DNA from: Lentimicrobiaceae bacterium
Lineage (GTDB): Bacteria; Bacteroidota; Bacteroidia; Bacteroidales; JAAYJT01
DNA length: 64,000 nucleotides
Direction of reading: 5' to 3'
Assembly: GCA_037445555.1 (NCBI GenBank)
Contig: JBBIKG010000009.1
Span: forward strand, 8,894 to 72,893
The position numbers and the translations under genes were made by a program. Below are positions 33,940-42,090 of the stretch, one piece after another. How positions within the stretch are numbered: the first letter of the stretch is position 1; each line of letters opens with the position of its first letter. A model generated the notes under the pieces. That model saw nothing but the letters and a program-made list of their open reading frames with translations. It was not told the DNA's origin and ran no database searches.

Positions 33940-34308
33940 TCAGGACTTGTTTTTCAGTTGTTTGAAATATCTGGCTGTCAATACTTTCAACATTTCGCGG
34001 CGGATGACAAGATCCGCCAGACACAGGTGAGGGTCAGGGCTGTGCCTTAAACATTCATCCACCATTCCGGGCTTGAGATCGATCTGATAGAACAATGAAA
34101 ACAACGTGCCGGAGTTGTTCTGCAACAGAAGTTTGACGGCATCGCCGAGCTGAACCATTAGCTCATGATACGCCCCGGATGTATGTCCCGAAAAAGTTAT
34201 TTCAATACCAAACATGGCGAAATCCTTCGCGATCTGCTTTGCAGTGAGGTGAACCACTTCGGTGTTGTCCTGGTATTTCTCGACCGACAGATCCGGGAGC
34301 TCTTTCAT
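33940..34308 (-). CDS. hypothetical protein, 122 aa
   Basis: Clean ORF fitted exactly between neighbours. Its ATG directly abuts the upstream TAA, and its stop is 2 nt before the murU ATG. No recognisable motif. Confidence 0.55.
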   Translation of the reverse strand: MKELPDLSVEKYQDNTEVVHLTAKQIAKDFAMFGIEITFSGHTSGAYHELMVQLGDAVKLLLQNNSGTLFSLFYQIDLKPGMVDECLRHSPDPHLCLADLVIRREMLKVLTARYFKQLKNKS

Positions 34309-34440
34309 TTAACTCTTTTTCGTTTTTTCGGGTTTGCAGAGTACGTCCGCCTTTGGGGCTGTCAGGCTGCATTTGGCGCAGGTAAACTTACCTTTCTTCG
34401 GCGTGGCGTACTTTTTCTTTTCACATGCTTTCTTACTCAC
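34309..34440 (-). CDS. unannotated 43-codon Lys-rich Cys4 small ORF (VSKKACEKKKYATPKKGKFTCAKCSLTAPKADVLCKPEKTKKS)
   Basis: The GTG start overlaps the kinase stop (GTGA) and the TAA stop abuts the next ATG (TAAATG). The ORF therefore fills the whole 128-nt spacer in frame. It is below the 60-aa cut-off of the track. Confidence 0.4.
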   Translation of the reverse strand: MSKKACEKKKYATPKKGKFTCAKCSLTAPKADVLCKPEKTKKS

Positions 34441-35873
34441 TGTCCCTTACTTAACTCCTGGTGTTTCACAACAACACGAACCCCCGGCTGGTTGTTCAGC
34501 CACATCGCTATAGCTTCGGCACAATACACCGAACGATGTCTACCTCCTGTGCATCCGAAATTTAGCTGCAAATGCGAATAGCCCTTTTGGTGATAACTTT
34601 TTAAAGCCTGAAGCAAGATCAATTTCACAGAATCTAAAAATGAGCTGGTTTCGGGTTGGGTTTCAAGGTAGTCCGCCACATCCGTATCCCGGCCTGTCAG
34701 AGCTTTATATTCTTCAAGAAGGCCAGGATTGGGCAACAGACGGCAGTCGAAAACAAAACCGCCTCCGTTGCCACTAGCATCATAGGGAATACCACGCCGA
34801 TACGAAAAGCTATTCAGTTCGATAGTCAATCCCTGAACTTCAGTTTGGGTTCCGCTCATATCTTGATAGGTTATATCAGTTATAATACGTTTAATTTCAG
34901 GAAGTTGGCTCATAAGCCTCTTTTGAGCGAGCAGCCAACTGATGTTAGGCTTGAGATTATTGATGCTCTCAAGAAAATGGGGTTTGCGCTCAAACCAACC
35001 CCTGTAACCATAGGCTCCCATCACCTGAAGTTGCCTGAGCAGAACAAACACCGGCAACTGGCTGTGGAGTTTGTTTTTATCGTAACCCAGTTTTTCTTCA
35101 ATGATTGCGGCATAATTGTCAAAGAGTTCAGCCCGCAGGTTTTGACTGAGCTGAGCACTCACTTGGTAGAGTAGCGAAACGATATCATAAAGCAACGGGC
35201 CACGACGCCCTCCCTGGTAATCAATAAAAAGGAACTGACCGGCTTGTATCATGACATTTCTTGCCTGAAAATCCCGGTACATAAAACCTACCGGAGTGTC
35301 CTGTGTGGCGAATTTTATGAGGGTTTCAAAGTCGTTTTCAAGGGCGCCTTCTTCGAAATAGATGGATGAGGGCTTTAGAAAGCAATACTTAAAATAATTC
35401 ATATCCCACATCATGCCATGCCGGTCGAACTCGGGAATGGGAAGCTTGTTAAAGTCAAGGCCAATGGCTCCATCAATCTGAAAGCGGGATAATTGCCTGA
35501 TCGCTTCGTAATACTGTGCAGCGATATCGCTTTCACTGCGATTATTTGGTTTTGATGTGAGCGAGCTGAATAACGATTGGTCTCCGGCATCCTGTAGCAG
35601 GCATACTCCGTGTTGGGGATCATTGGCTATGAGAGCTGGAACCGGTAAACGCCTGTCCATAAAATGCCTGGTCAGAAATATAAAAGCCTGGTGGTCCCGG
35701 TGGTCGGGGTTTATGGAGCCGATCACGGATTGCCCTTGCCCCAACATCCGGTAATACCTCCGCTGCGAACCCGATTGTGCCAATGGGCTGACCGCACTGG
35801 GTTCATATCCGAAAGTTCGGGTAAATAACAGGAGTAAATGGTTACTGTAGGTATGAGCGTCTTTGGGAGGCAT
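34437..35873 (-). CDS. fusion protein: AmgK-type (APH-fold) amino-sugar anomeric kinase + RapZ C-terminal domain
   Basis: The N-terminal ~340 aa carry YRDFQARNVM and FIDYQGG kinase blocks. The C-terminal ~130 aa match RapZ C-domain blocks: LTIELNSFSYRRGIP, FVFDCRLLPNPG and FGCTGGRHRSVYCAE. The track start is TTG 35888. Confidence 0.8.
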   Translation of the reverse strand: MPPKDAHTYSNHLLLLFTRTFGYEPSAVSPLAQSGSQRRYYRMLGQGQSVIGSINPDHRDHQAFIFLTRHFMDRRLPVPALIANDPQHGVCLLQDAGDQSLFSSLTSKPNNRSESDIAAQYYEAIRQLSRFQIDGAIGLDFNKLPIPEFDRHGMMWDMNYFKYCFLKPSSIYFEEGALENDFETLIKFATQDTPVGFMYRDFQARNVMIQAGQFLFIDYQGGRRGPLLYDIVSLLYQVSAQLSQNLRAELFDNYAAIIEEKLGYDKNKLHSQLPVFVLLRQLQVMGAYGYRGWFERKPHFLESINNLKPNISWLLAQKRLMSQLPEIKRIITDITYQDMSGTQTEVQGLTIELNSFSYRRGIPYDASGNGGGFVFDCRLLPNPGLLEEYKALTGRDTDVADYLETQPETSSFLDSVKLILLQALKSYHQKGYSHLQLNFGCTGGRHRSVYCAEAIAMWLNNQPGVRVVVKHQELSKGQ

Positions 35874-36056
35874 CTTGCAAGCATACAATTATATTCTTCA
35901 AAGGTAGAAAATCAGCCCGTGACATCTGATTTATTTGCCGTGGTGTCAAATAAATTTTAGAAATGAGCCACATTTTCGAAAAAAACGTTGTAAGTGTTAG
36001 GTAATGTAGAGAAATGCACTACCTTTACGCCGTTTTTAATTTAATTTTTTCCGTTT

Positions 36057-36359
36057 ATGAACATTTATGTAGGAAACGTTGATTTCAAAGCATCAGAAGA
36101 TCAACTTTCAAAATTGTTCGCCGAGTATGGCGAAGTGACCTCAGTTAAAATCATCAGCGACAAGCTTACGGGCAGAAGCAAAGGATATGCTTTTGTCGAA
36201 ATGGCTAACGATGATGAAGGTAATGCAGCCGTCAAGGCTTTAAATGGTTATGCGCTGAACAATCGCCCCATGGCAGTTTCGGTTGCCAGGCCACGCGAAG
36301 AAAATCGTACCTTCAACAAGGGTAGGGAAGAGAACAGGGGATTTAACAGAAGATACTAA
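36057..36359 (+). CDS. RRM-type RNA-binding protein
   Basis: RNP2 IYVGNV and RNP1 KGYAFVEM, with an Arg/Asn/Gly-rich tail. 100 aa. Confidence 0.9.
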   Translation: MNIYVGNVDFKASEDQLSKLFAEYGEVTSVKIISDKLTGRSKGYAFVEMANDDEGNAAVKALNGYALNNRPMAVSVARPREENRTFNKGREENRGFNRRY

Positions 36360-36404
36360 TCACCGGCACAGTACGGTAAAGTTTCCAGCCAATCCTAACC
36401 ACAT

Positions 36405-36434
36405 AAGCCGGCCTCTCAGCCGGCTTGTTTTTTT
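36405..36434 (+). terminator. rho-independent terminator after the RRM gene
   Basis: Stem AAGCCGGC / GCCGGCTT, 6-nt loop, then GTTTTTTT. Confidence 0.8.
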
Positions 36435-36480
36435 GTATCTTCGTTATCTCTAACAATGAACAGATTTAATTCTTTATACC

Positions 36481-36984
36481 ATGGAAACACAATCAGCACT
36501 CGATATTCTTAAAACAGCCATTCTGCTCGAAAAGCGGGGAAAATCATTCTACGAAACTGTTGCCGGCACAACACCCGATGCGGATGTGAAGCGTATCTTT
36601 GAAATCATGGCAGGCGAGGAACAGTCGCATATCGACTTTTTATCTCTTCACTATTTGTCGTTCGAAAGAACTGGCGGTTTCGACAAGTCTGCAGGCATTC
36701 CGAAAGCCGACGAAAGCATCGCCAACCTGGTACTGAACCCGGAGATCAGCAAACGCGTTTCTGCGGCAGGCTTTGAGGCGGCAGCCATCTCGGCGGCCAT
36801 CGACATGGAAAACCGTGCCATTGCAGTATATTCAAAACGGGCTCTCGATTCAACAGACGTAGCCGAAAGCAAGCTATATTCCTTTCTTGCCGACTGGGAA
36901 AAGGATCATCTCAGGATTCTGCACAAACTCAACGAAGAGCTTAAGGAAAAAATCTGGAACGAGAACCAGTTCTGGCCGTTCTAA
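36481..36984 (+). CDS. ferritin-like (rubrerythrin-family) diiron protein without rubredoxin domain
   Basis: Two E...EExxH-type half sites (LEKRGKSFY...GEEQSHIDFL and MENRAIAVY...WEKDHLRIL). 167 aa. Confidence 0.65.
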   Translation: METQSALDILKTAILLEKRGKSFYETVAGTTPDADVKRIFEIMAGEEQSHIDFLSLHYLSFERTGGFDKSAGIPKADESIANLVLNPEISKRVSAAGFEAAAISAAIDMENRAIAVYSKRALDSTDVAESKLYSFLADWEKDHLRILHKLNEELKEKIWNENQFWPF

Positions 36985-37541
36985 GCCGACTCTATCGTTT
37001 CAAATTCCTCTTTCAGAATTCCGTACCCCACCAAATCATGGTACATACCCCAGTGGTACAGGTGGCGGTGCATATACGATTCCTGTCGCATTCCAAGTTT
37101 TTGCATCACCCTGCCCGAAGCCTTGTTGCTGGCAAAGTAGGTGGCGAAAATCTTGTTTAATCCGATTTTGTGAAACCCGTACCCCATTATGGCCCGGCAG
37201 GCCTCGGTGCAATATCCGTTGTTCCAGAATTCAACGCCTACCCAGTAGCCAAGCTCGCCCAGCGAATAGTTCATCTTCAGTGTAAGTCCGGTACAGCCAA
37301 TAATATCTACTGAAGTTTTCAGGCAGATTCCAAGCACCAGGGCATCACGCTTCAGAAAATCGCTTTCATGAGTAGCAATCCATTCCTCGGCAGCTCCATC
37401 GGGATAGGGATGTGGTAGATTAAGGGTGGTGGCTGCAACGAGTCGGTCGCCAGCAAGCAGCTGTACCCTTGTAGCATCTGATGCTTGGAATGGACGAAGC
37501 CGGAGTCGGGCGGTTTCCAGAACAGGTAACAACGCTGACAT
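36981..37541 (-). CDS. GNAT-family N-acetyltransferase (RimJ/RimL-like)
   Basis: 186 aa. ETARLRLRPF N-terminus and LGYWVGVEFWNNGYCTEA...NKASGRVMQKLGM blocks typical of RimJ-like GNATs. Confidence 0.8.
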   Translation of the reverse strand: MSALLPVLETARLRLRPFQASDATRVQLLAGDRLVAATTLNLPHPYPDGAAEEWIATHESDFLKRDALVLGICLKTSVDIIGCTGLTLKMNYSLGELGYWVGVEFWNNGYCTEACRAIMGYGFHKIGLNKIFATYFASNKASGRVMQKLGMRQESYMHRHLYHWGMYHDLVGYGILKEEFETIESA

Positions 37542-37552
37542 GGGAAATATTC

Positions 37553-37996
37553 CTAAAAGGTGATGGTGTACCCGTAGGTTTCTTTTGATGTTTTTTCGGC
37601 TGTTTTTGGCTGCTTTGGGCTTGTGCTAGAGTTTATAGTGTAATGAATAGAGGCTGTTGGTGCCGGAAGCCTGAATTGAATGGCCGTCTTTGTCGAGATC
37701 ATCACCCTCACACCCTGATTCCTGACCTTCTCAAATCTAAGCAACGACACCACACGCACGGCTTCCTCATCACAGCCATAACCTAAACCTTTCACAATAT
37801 GAGGATTGTGTACATATCCGTTGTCATCAATATCATAGGCAACAATCACTTTTCCTTCCACCCGGGCCTCAAGCGCTTCAGCAGGATACCTGAGATTTTC
37901 GCCGACGAACTTTCGAAAGGCCTGTGATCCGCCTATATATTTAGGCAAGCTTAGAAATTTTTTTTTCTTCGGATATTCTGACATTGATTCTTTCAC
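37553..37996 (-). CDS. TonB C-terminal-domain protein
   Basis: YPAEALEARVEGKVIVAYDIDDNGYV...IVKGLGYGCDEEAVRVV matches the TonB_C fold consensus. 147 aa. Confidence 0.7.
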   Translation of the reverse strand: MKESMSEYPKKKKFLSLPKYIGGSQAFRKFVGENLRYPAEALEARVEGKVIVAYDIDDNGYVHNPHIVKGLGYGCDEEAVRVVSLLRFEKVRNQGVRVMISTKTAIQFRLPAPTASIHYTINSSTSPKQPKTAEKTSKETYGYTITF

Positions 37997-38025
37997 TTTG
38001 GTGCAAAGGTATCAAGATATAGTCG

Positions 38026-38060
38026 AAAACCCACCCGAAAGGTAAAGGATTCGGGTGGGC
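38026..38060 (-). terminator. hairpin terminator downstream of the T9SS-CTD remnant
   Basis: About 10-bp stem CCCACCCGAA / TTCGGGTGGG with a 10-nt loop. On the minus strand it is followed by TTTTCG. Confidence 0.55.
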
Positions 38061-38101
38061 TTGCATACTGGTGAACACAGAGATGGGTGGGGCCGGAGGG
38101 C

Positions 38102-38456
38102 TTAGCGCAGTATAATGAGCTTATGATTCCGGTTTTCCATCTTTTTTGTTAGTTTGTCTATCACCTCCATCCGTATGAAGTAGATACCTGCATCCAGGTT
38201 GTTGCCCGTCCAGCTTAACCGCTGGCGGCCTATGGGCAATTCTTCCATGGCACACCTTTTTGGGCGGACAAATACTAACAGCATCTTTTAATATAAACTG
38301 ATGGCAGCAGGCCGATGCGGAAGTTTGTGCCCTCAACGTAGTAGTGACAGTTGATATTAAAATGGGTAGAAGAGATAGCATCAGATGATTTATTTGCAAA
38401 AAGTTTCGTAGCCCAAATGCGTTTTCGAGGAATAATTTCATATTACCTCCGATCAA
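38102..38456 (-). pseudogene. decayed small T9SS cargo gene (signal peptide + type A C-terminal sorting domain, frames disrupted)
   Basis: The 111-aa frame supplies a signal-peptide-like start (MLSLLPILISTVTTTLRAQ). An overlapping 60-aa frame supplies a T9SS CTD end (GRQRLSWTGNNLDAGIYFIRMEV...KLIILR). The two cannot be joined without a frameshift, and there is almost no mature domain between them. Confidence 0.35.
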
Positions 38457-38594
38457 AATTTGAATTGAATACTTAAAAACACCATTAATGTTTTTCTTAG
38501 TTTGGGCTTTAGTATTTTTACCACAGCCTTCTTAAAGAGATTAATTGTCAAAGATATAGCTGGTTAGGTTTTATGTAAACTTTGCTTTGTGCGT

Positions 38595-38703
38595 CTAAAT
38601 AAGGATTACGGGGGTAATTTTCCCTTTTTAATAAGGAAATATATCCCTGCGAAAGCGTTTGCCGATGAACAGTGTCTTGGCTGAGGTGTTTAATAAGGAA
38701 TGA
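38595..38703 (+). repeat. three direct copies of TAA(A/T)TAAGGA(A/T), two sharing the 12-mer TTTAATAAGGAA
   Basis: Copies lie at about 38595-38608, 38627-38638 and 38689-38700. The last contains the probable ancestral ATG (38700) of the Crp/Fnr gene. Confidence 0.55.
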
Positions 38704-39414
38704 ATTTTGAAAATGATCGGCACTTCTGCCTGGAGTCTGGGCATGACTGCAGAAAATGTGGCCTCACTGCTCTTTGTTTCATCTGCTGTCGGAGGATGAG
38801 ATGCAGGCCATCCGGCGGCACCGGTTCTCGGTAGTTTTTCGCAATGACGAAATAAAAAAAAACAGGGCACCTTTCTCTCGCATGTCATTTCCGTCACTTC
38901 GGGGCTGGTAAAAATCTACCTTGAAGGGTACAACCAGCAAAACGCTATTCTCCGAATCGCTAAACCACTTGATTTTGTGGGAGGACCGGGCTTGTATTAC
39001 GATCAAATGCACCACTTTACAGTTAAGGCGCTCACCGATACTACAATTTGTTTTATCGACACCACCCTGTTTAAAGAATTTATAAGCAACAACAAGGCAT
39101 TTGCTAATGAATTTCTCAAAGATTTCAGCCGCAACACCCTCTCGGTATATAATCGTCTGATCAACCTCACCCAGAAACAGATGCCAGGCCGAATGGCTGA
39201 CACTATGTTGTATCTTTCCACAGATATCTATGCGTCCGATAAATTTAGACTGCATCTCTCAAAACAGGATCTTTCCGACCTCTCTGCCATGTCAAAAGAG
39301 AGCGCGATAAAAGTCCTGCGCGATTTTCAGCATGAAGGACTCATTCGATTCTCTGACCATGAACTGGAAATTTTGAATAAGGCTTCCCTTATGAAGATCA
39401 GCCGCTTTGGGTAA
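38700..39414 (+). pseudogene. Crp/Fnr-family transcriptional regulator, frameshifted (A9 tract at 38854-38862; probably a second 1-nt deficit near 38757-38760)
   Basis: The intact C-terminal part (...SGLVKIYLEG..ILRIAKPLDFVGGPGLY...GRMADTMLYL...ESAIKVLRDFQHEGLI) is in frame 1. The cNMP-domain start (SLFHLLSEDEMQAIRRHRFSVVFRNDEIKK) is in frame 2 and runs into the A9 tract. A tenth A would give ...DEIKKKQGTFLSH.... A Cys-rich N-terminus (MNFENDRHFCLESGHDCRKC) sits in a third frame. Confidence 0.75.
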
Positions 39415-39489
39415 CTTTGCACCTCACAACATCAGGTGATTACTGTGACTGGTTCCGCCTCCTTCATACCCAAACCTTATTTGCGAACA

Positions 39490-40725
39490 ATGCCTGCCGT
39501 CCACATCGCCTTGCCTGTGCTTAACGAATTTGAAAACATTCCTGCCTTCTTAAGCGATTTGCAGGCTCAGGATTATAAGGGTTTGATATACCTGTGGGTA
39601 TGCGTCAACCAGCTCGATGAATGGTGGGATGACCCTGCCAAAGTCCATATTTGTCATAACAACAACCAAAGCATTGCCTATCTGGGGCAGGTTGCGAATG
39701 AAAATATAAGAAGCATCGATCGCAGCTCTCCTGGCTTGGGCTGGAAGGGTAAGCAACACGGTGTGGGCTTTGCCCGCCGTGAATTGATGGAGACCATAGC
39801 TGCAGAGGCGGATGATCGGGATATATTAATCTCCCTGGATGCTGACACGCGATTTCAGCCCGGGTATGTTCGCAGTGTGGTCGAAAACCTGAGCCGCCAC
39901 CCACATGTAACAGCCTTGTCTGTACCTTATTATCATCGTCTCACAGGCGATGAACGTACAGATAGAGCCATGCTCAGATACGAGGTGTATATGCGCTGCT
40001 ATAGCCTTAACCTGTGGCGTATCGAATCTCCCTATAGCTTTACGGCCTTGGGATCAGCCATCGCATTGACAGTCAAGACCTATAAAAGTGTTGGAGGTAT
40101 CACACCCAAGATGAGCGGAGAAGATTTCTATTTTCTCCAAAAACTCAGAAAAAAAGGAAACCTGCTCCACTGGAACCTTGAAAAGGTGTTTCCGGCGGCC
40201 AGATTTTCGGACAGGGTATATTTTGGCACAGGTCCTGCTATGATTCGGGGCGATGCAGGCGATTGGAGCAGTTATCCGGTGTATGATTTCCATATATTTG
40301 ACGATATTGCTGCAACATACAATCTTTTTGCCGATCTCTATACCCGGGACGTGACCACCCCAATGGATGCATTCCTTGCTGAAATATTTCCTAACGAAAT
40401 CATCTGGGGTAAACTTCGATCAAACTCGGCATCGTTGAAGCGGTTCGTTCAGGCATGCCACCAAAAAATTGACGGGTTGAGAATACTGCAGTATGTAAAA
40501 TGGCGTCACAGGCAGGCCTCACAACCGGATGAAACAAGCCTGAGTGCATTTATCAGGGCGTTATATCCGGATAGCATTTGGAGAGAGATAACCGCTCAAA
40601 ATAACTTTTCATTTGCGACAAGCCCGGTAGCATTACTTAATGACCTCAGAGATTTTCTGGCTGCCGAGGAAGAAAATTTTCAGGTAACACATGCAACTTA
40701 CATGCAATCGGCCATGACTGAATAA
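39490..40725 (+). CDS. GT2-like glycosyltransferase with long C-terminal extension
   Basis: GT-A signature: the N-terminal strand VHIALPVLNE, the DxD-like LISLDADT, and SGEDFYF downstream. The track start is 39436. ATG 39490 is preferred. It lies 22-75 nt after the broken Crp/Fnr gene. Confidence 0.6.
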   Translation: MPAVHIALPVLNEFENIPAFLSDLQAQDYKGLIYLWVCVNQLDEWWDDPAKVHICHNNNQSIAYLGQVANENIRSIDRSSPGLGWKGKQHGVGFARRELMETIAAEADDRDILISLDADTRFQPGYVRSVVENLSRHPHVTALSVPYYHRLTGDERTDRAMLRYEVYMRCYSLNLWRIESPYSFTALGSAIALTVKTYKSVGGITPKMSGEDFYFLQKLRKKGNLLHWNLEKVFPAARFSDRVYFGTGPAMIRGDAGDWSSYPVYDFHIFDDIAATYNLFADLYTRDVTTPMDAFLAEIFPNEIIWGKLRSNSASLKRFVQACHQKIDGLRILQYVKWRHRQASQPDETSLSAFIRALYPDSIWREITAQNNFSFATSPVALLNDLRDFLAAEEENFQVTHATYMQSAMTE

Positions 40726-40773
40726 ATCAGCCCGATTTCATTGCTAAGAGCTACGGGGCAGATTTTGTTCGCT

Positions 40774-42090
40774 CTATTTCTGTTTGGCCCTAAGCGTTAA
40801 ACAGGTAACCTCAGGTTTCATTCCGATTCTTGCTGGAAACGAAATGTGCCCCAGGCCGGCATTCACATATAAGGATAACTCAACGCCCTCCGAGCGGATT
40901 TTGTGGTAGATCCCTTTCCAGTAATGCTTGATAAGTGAGGCAGGAGAGTAGGAGGCCCTCCCCAGCTTCATGCCCAACTGGAAAGCATGAGTATGCCCCG
41001 ACAGAGTTAGCTGTGGGTGGTAATCCGACACAAGAACTTTCTTTTCCCAGAATACCGGATCGTGGGCTAAAAGGATTGTGAAATTAGAGGGCGCAATACC
41101 TTCCATCGCCTTTGGAAAATCCACCCTGTCCGGAAACCGCTTATGAGGACTCCAATGGTCAATACCTGCCACAAAGATTCTTCCGCTTCCCCGATAAATT
41201 GCTACATTGCTGTTACGGAGCAGAGTCCAACCGGCCCCGGTAATCAATTGCTCCATGAGTTTGATGTCGGCTTCTTTATATTCTGGAGCAAACCACTCCA
41301 AATAATCGCCAAAGTCGTGATTTCCAAGCACGGCAAAAACCCCGTCTTTTGCTTTTAGCGATTCCAGAAACCATGTAAACGGGATGGCTTCTTTGGCGCT
41401 GTAATTCACCAGATCGCCTGTGAAGACAACCATGTCGGGTCCGCATTGGTTGATACATTCTATGGTTCGCATCAATGCCTTTCTGGAGTGAAACCTGCCC
41501 AGATGTATGTCAGACAATTGTACGATCTTGTATCCATCAAATGGCTCGGGTAAGTCATTGAATACGAGTTCATGACTTTCAACCTGCACATCATATACCC
41601 AAACAGTTGTACCTAAAGTCAGTAAAAGTGCGAAAACGAGGTCAAGAGTTATGATGACTGACAAAAATAACTTGGCGTTTCTTTTAAGAGGTTGATTGAT
41701 TGGTTTATACGACTTGATGTAAAAGACGACATCAAGAATCAGAAATGAAATCAGTGGCAATACTTTGAGCAAGCTAAGCATCATTGCAGCCCCCAGCCAG
41801 TAAGTTCGCAGTACTCCACCCCACTGCAGGGGATCCATGAAGGCCATTGAAGTGAAAAAAAAGAGAGCAAGCGCGGTTGGGGTAAAGATTAGCCATTGCC
41901 AGACTTGGCGGGTGTGCCGTAACCCTCTTATTCTGTGTAAAAACCAGAGCATATAATGATCGGCAACGGGCAGTATCAATAGCATGGGAAGGCGGTCAGC
42001 GTACGCCGGAAGTCTCCATGCCCCCAAAACAATGGCTGCCAAAGTGAGTATTAGCCACAGAAATAGCGATATGACCTGTCTATTCTTCAT
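40774..42090 (-). CDS. membrane-anchored calcineurin-like metallophosphoesterase
   Basis: Five or six N-terminal TM helices, then VQLSDIHLG, VVFTGDLVN, VLGNHD and LSGHTHAFQ. The track start is TTG 42099, directly after an in-frame TGA. ATG 42090 is preferred. Confidence 0.82.
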   Translation of the reverse strand: MKNRQVISLFLWLILTLAAIVLGAWRLPAYADRLPMLLILPVADHYMLWFLHRIRGLRHTRQVWQWLIFTPTALALFFFTSMAFMDPLQWGGVLRTYWLGAAMMLSLLKVLPLISFLILDVVFYIKSYKPINQPLKRNAKLFLSVIITLDLVFALLLTLGTTVWVYDVQVESHELVFNDLPEPFDGYKIVQLSDIHLGRFHSRKALMRTIECINQCGPDMVVFTGDLVNYSAKEAIPFTWFLESLKAKDGVFAVLGNHDFGDYLEWFAPEYKEADIKLMEQLITGAGWTLLRNSNVAIYRGSGRIFVAGIDHWSPHKRFPDRVDFPKAMEGIAPSNFTILLAHDPVFWEKKVLVSDYHPQLTLSGHTHAFQLGMKLGRASYSPASLIKHYWKGIYHKIRSEGVELSLYVNAGLGHISFPARIGMKPEVTCLTLRAKQK

